DNA of 64,000 nucleotides from Escherichia coli (GTDB lineage Bacteria; Pseudomonadota; Gammaproteobacteria; Enterobacterales; Enterobacteriaceae): NCBI RefSeq assembly GCF_009931435.1, contig NZ_CP043414.1; one strand, 5' to 3'. Shown piece by piece: positions 58,622 to 64,000 of this stretch (position 1 is its first letter; each line of letters starts with the position of its first letter). The notes under the pieces were generated by a model. It saw only the letters and a program-made list of their open reading frames with translations, ran no database searches and was not told where the DNA came from. The position numbers and the translations under genes were made by a program.

Positions 58622-59213
58622 TAGTATTCTGGCTAAAATCTATTGTCGGGGCTTTACTCACAGCGGCGACATCATCCGGCAAATAATTTTTCTTTGGTGT
58701 GTAATCCATGACTTTTGCGGTTAACACTGCGGGGAATTTGCGGATAGTGACATTATATTGTTCGATGGCTTTAATATATCTTCCTCGCGCAACGGCAATT
58801 CGATTTTCACTTCCTTCGAGCTGTACCATCAAATTTTGATAGAGTTCCTGGGCCTTTAGCTCAGGGTAACGTTCACTAATTATCGTTAACTGACCGAGAG
58901 TGCGAGACACCTGCGCCTGAGCTTGTTGCCAGGTTTGTAATTTTTGTTCATCTCCCGGAGTTTGCTGAAGAGCGTTACTGGCGCGATTAGCCTGACTACG
59001 TGCCAATGTTACGGCTTCCAGTACCTCTTGTTCATGGCTGGAATAACCTTTAATACTGGCGACAAGATTAGGAATAAGATCGGCGCGACGTTGATATTGA
59101 TTTAATACCTCAGACCAGGAAGCGTTAACCTGCTCATCATAGGTTTGAATATCGTTATATCCACAGCCTGATAAATTGAAAATAAATATAATTACGATGA
59201 ATGTTCTGAGCAT
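58611..59213 (-). CDS. LemA-family lipoprotein
   Basis: Lipobox NLSGC after signal peptide; LemA-like 200 aa; start overlaps next gene. Confidence 0.75.
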   Translation of the reverse strand: MLRTFIVIIFIFNLSGCGYNDIQTYDEQVNASWSEVLNQYQRRADLIPNLVASIKGYSSHEQEVLEAVTLARSQANRASNALQQTPGDEQKLQTWQQAQAQVSRTLGQLTIISERYPELKAQELYQNLMVQLEGSENRIAVARGRYIKAIEQYNVTIRKFPAVLTAKVMDYTPKKNYLPDDVAAVSKAPTIDFSQNTNAH

Positions 59214-59385
59214 GGTTAAATCCCTTTTAATTAATTCCTTAAAACATAATACGCCACTTCATTTTATTCTTTATGATCTAATCCACTTTTTGCCTTAAAC
59301 CTGCCTGTAACAGAATGTTAATAAGGCATGATTGTTGTGGCAGGATCTGCAATAATTAACAATTATCCACTTCACAGAGAATGCT

Positions 59386-60057
59386 ATGCAGTACCCGATT
59401 AACGAGATGTTCCAGACCCTGCAAGGTGAGGGTTACTTTACCGGCGTCCCCGCCATTTTTATTCGTTTACAGGGATGCCCGGTCGGCTGTGCCTGGTGCG
59501 ACACCAAACACACCTGGGAAAAGCTTGAGGATCGGGAAGTCTCCCTTTTCAGCATTCTGGCGAAGACCAAAGAGAGTGATAAGTGGGGGGCGGCGAGCAG
59601 TGAAGATTTGCTGGCTGTCATTGGTCGTCAGGGATACACCGCGCGGCATGTGGTGATTACGGGTGGTGAGCCTTGCATTCATGATTTGCTGCCACTGACT
59701 GACCTGCTCGAAAAGAACGGTTTTAGCTGCCAGATCGAAACCAGCGGTACTCATGAAGTACGCTGCACGCCGAATACCTGGGTTACCGTATCGCCAAAGC
59801 TGAACATGCGCGGCGGCTATGAAGTGTTGTCACAGGCACTGGAGCGAGCCAACGAAATCAAGCATCCAGTGGGACGCGTACGTGATATTGAAGCACTGGA
59901 TGAACTACTGGCAACGCTGACCGATGATAAACCACGAGTCATTGCACTGCAGCCGATTAGCCAAAAGGATGATGCCACACGTTTGTGCATTGAAACCTGC
60001 ATTGCGCGCAACTGGCGTTTGTCGATGCAAACACATAAATATTTAAATATTGCCTGA
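59386..60057 (+). CDS. queE: 7-carboxy-7-deazaguanine synthase (radical SAM)
   Basis: CxxxCxxC radical-SAM motif (GCPVGCAWCDTKH); 223 aa. Confidence 0.9.
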   Translation: MQYPINEMFQTLQGEGYFTGVPAIFIRLQGCPVGCAWCDTKHTWEKLEDREVSLFSILAKTKESDKWGAASSEDLLAVIGRQGYTARHVVITGGEPCIHDLLPLTDLLEKNGFSCQIETSGTHEVRCTPNTWVTVSPKLNMRGGYEVLSQALERANEIKHPVGRVRDIEALDELLATLTDDKPRVIALQPISQKDDATRLCIETCIARNWRLSMQTHKYLNIA

Positions 60058-60229
60058 TTAAACATTTATAAGCGTTATAAATGGGTGGAACCTGTAAAGA
60101 CTTCTGCTCATTTATATTCTTTGTCGCCTCTGAAAAACCTCCATTTTGCCCGTCCTGGACTAATCATTATCATTCTCTACAAATTCTCTGGCGTTAATTT
60201 TTCGCTGGAGTGAAAATTATTGCAGTGAA

Positions 60230-60395
60230 GTTTGGTAGATTTTAGTGGGTATAGAGTTATCTTAAACATTTACCTTTTTAATCAATGGATTAAGTGTTCT
60301 TTAACATAATGGATGTGTTGTTTGTGTGATCCTGTAAAGTTGGTAGATTGTGACTGGCTTAAAAAATCATTAATTAATAATAGGTTATGTTTAGA
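60230..60395 (+). promoter_or_regulatory. CRISPR leader (AT-rich), ending ...CTTAAAAAATCATTAATTAATAATAGGTTATGTTTAGA
   Basis: AT-rich tract abutting first repeat; sequence matches E. coli type I-E leader end from memory. Confidence 0.6.
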
Positions 60396-61218
60396 GAGTT
60401 CCCCGCGCCAGCGGGGATAAACCGGCGGTAAAATTGTTGCTACCGTCTGGCCCTTGCGAGTTCCCCGCGCCAGCGGGGATAAACCGACGGTGCAGGATCT
60501 GTAATTCTTGCTCGCGATGAGTTCCCCGCGCCAGCGGGGATAAACCGAGTTATCAGGATTATTCCCGCTCCGCCGCCAGGAGTTCCCCGCGCCAGCGGGG
60601 ATAAACCGTCGTTTTTGTGGTGGGAGTGTGCGGATTGGTAGAGTTCCCCGCGCCAGCGGGGATAAACCGGCTGACATTGTCAGCTATAACCTTACAATGT
60701 GGAGTTCCCCGCGCCAGCGGGGATAAACCGACGTCCCGCTATTTCCTGGACAGTGTGTAGCGGAGTTCCCCGCGCCAGCGGGGATAAACCGGCGGCGCTA
60801 ACGTGATAATCACGATCAATTATGAGTTCCCCGCGCCAGCGGGGATAAACCGCGGGCGTTAACCTTTTTATAGGCATCTTCCTTGAGTTCCCCGCGCCAG
60901 CGGGGATAAACCGGCTTGCAGCAGCTGCGCCAACATCTGAATACGGAGTTCCCCGCGCCAGCGGGGATAAACCGCTTTTTCCCGTGACAAGATCCAGTTA
61001 ACTGTTGAGTTCCCCGCGCCAGCGGGGATAAACCGCATCACTGGACGCCCATTTGAATAACTCACAGGAGTTCCCCGCGCCAGCGGGGATAAACCGATTC
61101 AGCAAATAGCGAATTTCATAAATATGATGTGTTCCCCGCGCCAGCGGGGATAAACCGTACGTTAAACGCCATCTGTCATGGGTCGTCATGTGTTCCCCGC
61201 GCCAGCGGGGATAAACCA
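60396..61218 (+). CRISPR. CRISPR array, type I-E repeat GAGTTCCCCGCGCCAGCGGGGATAAACCG: 14 repeats, 13 spacers (one 33 bp, twelve 32 bp); last two repeats are GTGTT.. variants and final repeat ends ..ACCA
   Basis: Repeats at 60396, 60458, 60519 ... 61190 with 61-62 bp periodicity, read directly. Confidence 0.95.
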
Positions 61219-61671
61219 CCATATAACCCGTTATCTCTTTCTCAAGTTTTTATATTAGCTGTACTTGTAATAAGCAACATATCCACATAACACCTCATGT
61301 TCAAAATAGTTCCCCATGCCAGATAAGTTCACAATTATCGATACAAAAAATCAAATTTAATCAAAGTGTTATATGTATAATCCTTAAACCGTTAAGAAAT
61401 TTTAATATATTATTTTTTTAATATTAATTAATGCCTGTTAATTTTTTCTTTAGAATAACAGTGTATTTTTTAAGCTTGTTATTCATTGATTAAGTAATAA
61501 ATCTGGAAGTTTGTCTTTGTTTTGAGGCTAATGAGTGGTTTTACATAACCGCCTCTATACGCTGTTGATGAATAGTTCTTATGAATAAAGATATCCAGTT
61601 CATACTTTAAGTGAAAATTGATAAAGTGCGATTCGTATTGTCTTTTATTCTAAAGACATCGAGTGTAGTTA

Positions 61672-61810
61672 ATATTCCTTGTAAAAACAGGGATAAACCG
61701 AACTAGTTAAAGTTTTTATTATGTTCCCTGCATCAGCGGGGATAAACCGGACTTGTTATCATTTTTTAAGTTGTCGAACTTATGTTCCCCGCGCCAGCGG
61801 GGATAACCAT
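61672..61810 (+). CRISPR. Degenerate mini-array: 3 decayed type I-E repeats (61672-61700, 61721-61749, 61782-61810) with a 20-bp and a 32-bp spacer
   Basis: Repeat-like units with 18/29, 24/29 and ~25/29 matches to consensus; preceded by AT-rich region. Confidence 0.6.
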
Positions 61811-61855
61811 TCAGGTATGTTCAGGCCGGGCAGTTTCCCGCCCGGCCTTCCTCAC

Positions 61856-63334
61856 TTACGCATTCGACCAGCTCTGGATCGAATCTGCATTCCCCAACTC
61901 ACCATGCATCACTTCATACGATTTTTTCAGGATCACATCAGTGTGTTTGGTTAGGTCTTTGAAAATGCCTTTATTCATCGCGTCGTAGCGTTTGGCATTG
62001 CTCTCAATCGGCATAAAGATATCTTTCACGCGAACCATTTTGTCGACAGCCGTTGCGTAATCCGGGTATAGCCCCAGACCTATCGCTGTATTAATCGCGG
62101 CCCCCAGACTTGCGCAACCGTTAATGGCGTTACGGCGTGCCGGAAGGTTGAACACGTCGGCAAAAATCTGCATAAACAGATCGCTGTTCGAACCACCGCC
62201 AGTAATGATCACATGTTTCGCAAAGTGATTCATTTCATGACACATATTGTCGTAATTGTTCTTCAGCGTCAGCGCCACGCTTTCCAGTATCGAACGATAA
62301 ATCCATGCGTAATCCATGCTGGAATCAAAGCCGATCATAATTCCGCGTTTGTACGGTTCCCACGGATTGGTCAGCCAGTCCAGCACCGTCATCAGACCAT
62401 TACAGCCAGGCGGCACACAACAAGCTTTTTTGTTGAGCAAATCTTCCGGTGAAAGATCCTGCGCCCTGGCATCCTGAATTAACGATTCGCCTAGCATGTC
62501 GCGCAGCCAACTCACCGTCCACATACCTTTTCGAATACCATAACCTTCATACAGCAAGGTTTCCGGAATAGAAGACATGATCGGCCAGTACGCAACCGGA
62601 TCTTTCGGCAGTGCTTTGCCGTTCATCATCAACGCGATGTAGGTACCAAGAGAAATTACCGCCGTTTCATCATCCAGTAACCCTGCTCCCAGTGCTTCTA
62701 CCGGTTTATCACTGGTGGTACAAACAACGGGCAGTCCAACCGGGAAATGTGTCGCCAGCGCGGCTTGTGGTGTGATATGCCCAAGTACAGTGCCCGGCAT
62801 TTGCACATCAAAAAGCATCTGTCGGGGAATATTAAACTTCTCCATTACCGCGGTATCTTCGCTCCATGCCCAGGTCTTATAATCCACCGGCCACTGACCA
62901 AAATAGTTGGCGATATTGTCTTTAAACTCGCCGGTTAAACGGTGTGTCAGATAACCTGAAAAAGAGGTGACATATGCCACATCAGGATTGATGTGCTCGT
63001 AGGGACGTGTTACGCGTGCATCCTGCCAGCTAATCAACGGCGCAGCTGGCGTGCCATCGGCTTTCAATAACGCACGGCAGCAACGGATAGATCCCAGACC
63101 AATGCCGACAATATCTTCTTTATTCCCGGCAAACTGGCTCATCAAATCGTGACCAGCAAAACATAATGATGCCCATAAATCATCGTCAGGATGTTCTGCG
63201 GTATCGGCATCTGGAGTGTGCATCGGTTGTAATAAGCCTTTGCCTTCGCAAACCACGTTACCTTCCAGATCGTACATCACCACTTTTGTGCTCTGACTTC
63301 CGCCATCAATCCCTATGATGTATTTTTTCGACAT
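61856..63334 (-). CDS. ygcE: FGGY-family carbohydrate kinase YgcE
   Basis: 492 aa, MSKKYIIGIDGGSQSTKVVMYDL FGGY N-terminus; position beside CRISPR as in E. coli. Confidence 0.85.
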   Translation of the reverse strand: MSKKYIIGIDGGSQSTKVVMYDLEGNVVCEGKGLLQPMHTPDADTAEHPDDDLWASLCFAGHDLMSQFAGNKEDIVGIGLGSIRCCRALLKADGTPAAPLISWQDARVTRPYEHINPDVAYVTSFSGYLTHRLTGEFKDNIANYFGQWPVDYKTWAWSEDTAVMEKFNIPRQMLFDVQMPGTVLGHITPQAALATHFPVGLPVVCTTSDKPVEALGAGLLDDETAVISLGTYIALMMNGKALPKDPVAYWPIMSSIPETLLYEGYGIRKGMWTVSWLRDMLGESLIQDARAQDLSPEDLLNKKACCVPPGCNGLMTVLDWLTNPWEPYKRGIMIGFDSSMDYAWIYRSILESVALTLKNNYDNMCHEMNHFAKHVIITGGGSNSDLFMQIFADVFNLPARRNAINGCASLGAAINTAIGLGLYPDYATAVDKMVRVKDIFMPIESNAKRYDAMNKGIFKDLTKHTDVILKKSYEVMHGELGNADSIQSWSNA

Positions 63335-63360
63335 GATTTTTCTCCTGTAATTTTCCTGGC

Positions 63361-64000
63361 TTACTTGCTGCTAGCCATTGCGGGGGCGCTATCAGCAGTA
63401 CGAATTTTTTGGAACAGCAAAAAGGTAAAGACGATCACCATGGCAAGCGCCGCCATGCCCATCAGCCACATATTGCGGTAGGCTTCTGCTGCGGGCAGGG
63501 TGTCTTGCCAGTGGCCGATAATTGGGTAAACGAAGACATCCGGCAGAAATCCAATCACCGAACAAATACCTACCGTGGTGCCCATAATGTAAGACGGTGT
63601 TCTCGCTTCGCCAGGGCAGGCCCAGTACAGCCCGCGTGAGGCGTAACAGGTGAATCCCAGAAGTAAAATCAGACCAATCCCCATCGCGACCGATTGCGGG
63701 TTAGAGTTCGTGATGAGCAGGGCAGTTAACGCCAGCAGGCCGAGTACGGAAAGGATTTGGATCACGCGGGTAGGGGATTTCACTTTGCTGTAGGTGGTGA
63801 TAATGCCACCAAGTGGGCCGCACAGTGCGCGGAAGATTTTGTTGATCACAATCCCCATGTAGCTCGCCGCCACCAGCGACATGCCGTACATTTCGGTCAG
63901 ATAGTTGGTGGAGTAACTCAGAATGGCGTAGATGGTGAAGACGCCAAAAATCACCATGCTGCAGTACCATGTGGTGCTGATACGCAAAACGGCAAGGATG
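63361..64000 (-). CDS. yqcE: MFS transporter YqcE (C-terminal part; 5' end beyond right edge of window)
   Basis: TM-rich ORF running to window edge; synteny. Confidence 0.7.
   Translation of the reverse strand, partial: ILAVLRISTTWYCSMVIFGVFTIYAILSYSTNYLTEMYGMSLVAASYMGIVINKIFRALCGPLGGIITTYSKVKSPTRVIQILSVLGLLALTALLITNSNPQSVAMGIGLILLLGFTCYASRGLYWACPGEARTPSYIMGTTVGICSVIGFLPDVFVYPIIGHWQDTLPAAEAYRNMWLMGMAALAMVIVFTFLLFQKIRTADSAPAMASSK

Noticed and set aside
59214-59385. Possible riboswitch (preQ1) upstream of queE
   Set aside because: No recognisable preQ1 aptamer hairpin/pseudoknot motif was seen, and the region is a divergent promoter shared with lemA
60282-61222. Four minus-strand ORFs (131, 61, 65, 74 aa) with recurring ..YPRWRGEL.. 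and ..SPLARGT.. peptides
   Set aside because: They are translations through the CRISPR repeats; the periodic peptide motif is the repeat itself, not a protein

Overview
This window is an Escherichia coli-type chromosomal segment, collinear (in reverse orientation) with the K-12 recD-argA-amiC ... relA-mazEFG-pyrG-eno-queE-ygcE region. All gene identities come from reading the translated ORFs and comparing them to protein sequences from memory; no database search was run. The core genes include recD (3' part), argA, amiC, three tandem tRNA-fMet genes, mltA, tcdA, csdEA, gcvA with the divergent sRNA gcvB, rlmM, the fuc locus, xni, sdaCB, ppnN, queF, syd, the sRNA csrB, truC, gudPXD, barA, rlmD, relA, mazEFG, pyrG, eno and queE. 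Three stretches look accessory. (1) A ~5.5 kb cassette between amiC and the tRNA-fMet genes encodes a BglG-type antiterminator behind a terminator leader, a PTS EIICB, a MalY-like PLP C-S lyase, a SIS-only arabinose-5-phosphate-isomerase-like protein and a 2-hydroxyacid dehydrogenase; I believe this matches the metV island described in uropathogenic E. coli, whose substrate is unknown. (2) In the fuc locus, fucP is absent; in its place sits a ~6.2 kb module with a sugar ABC transporter, an FGGY kinase and a LacI-family regulator, preceded by two identical 16-bp palindromes. (3) Between eno and queE there is a four-gene lemA plus three TPM-domain paralog operon where K-12, as I recall, has a single ygcG. 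Downstream of queE are two orphan type I-E CRISPR arrays (14 repeats/13 spacers plus a degenerate mini-array) with no cas genes in the window. I found no integrase, transposase or IS element. The most likely candidates for an uncharacterised system are the fuc-locus replacement module and the lemA/TPM operon; the metV cassette is probably already described but functionally unresolved.
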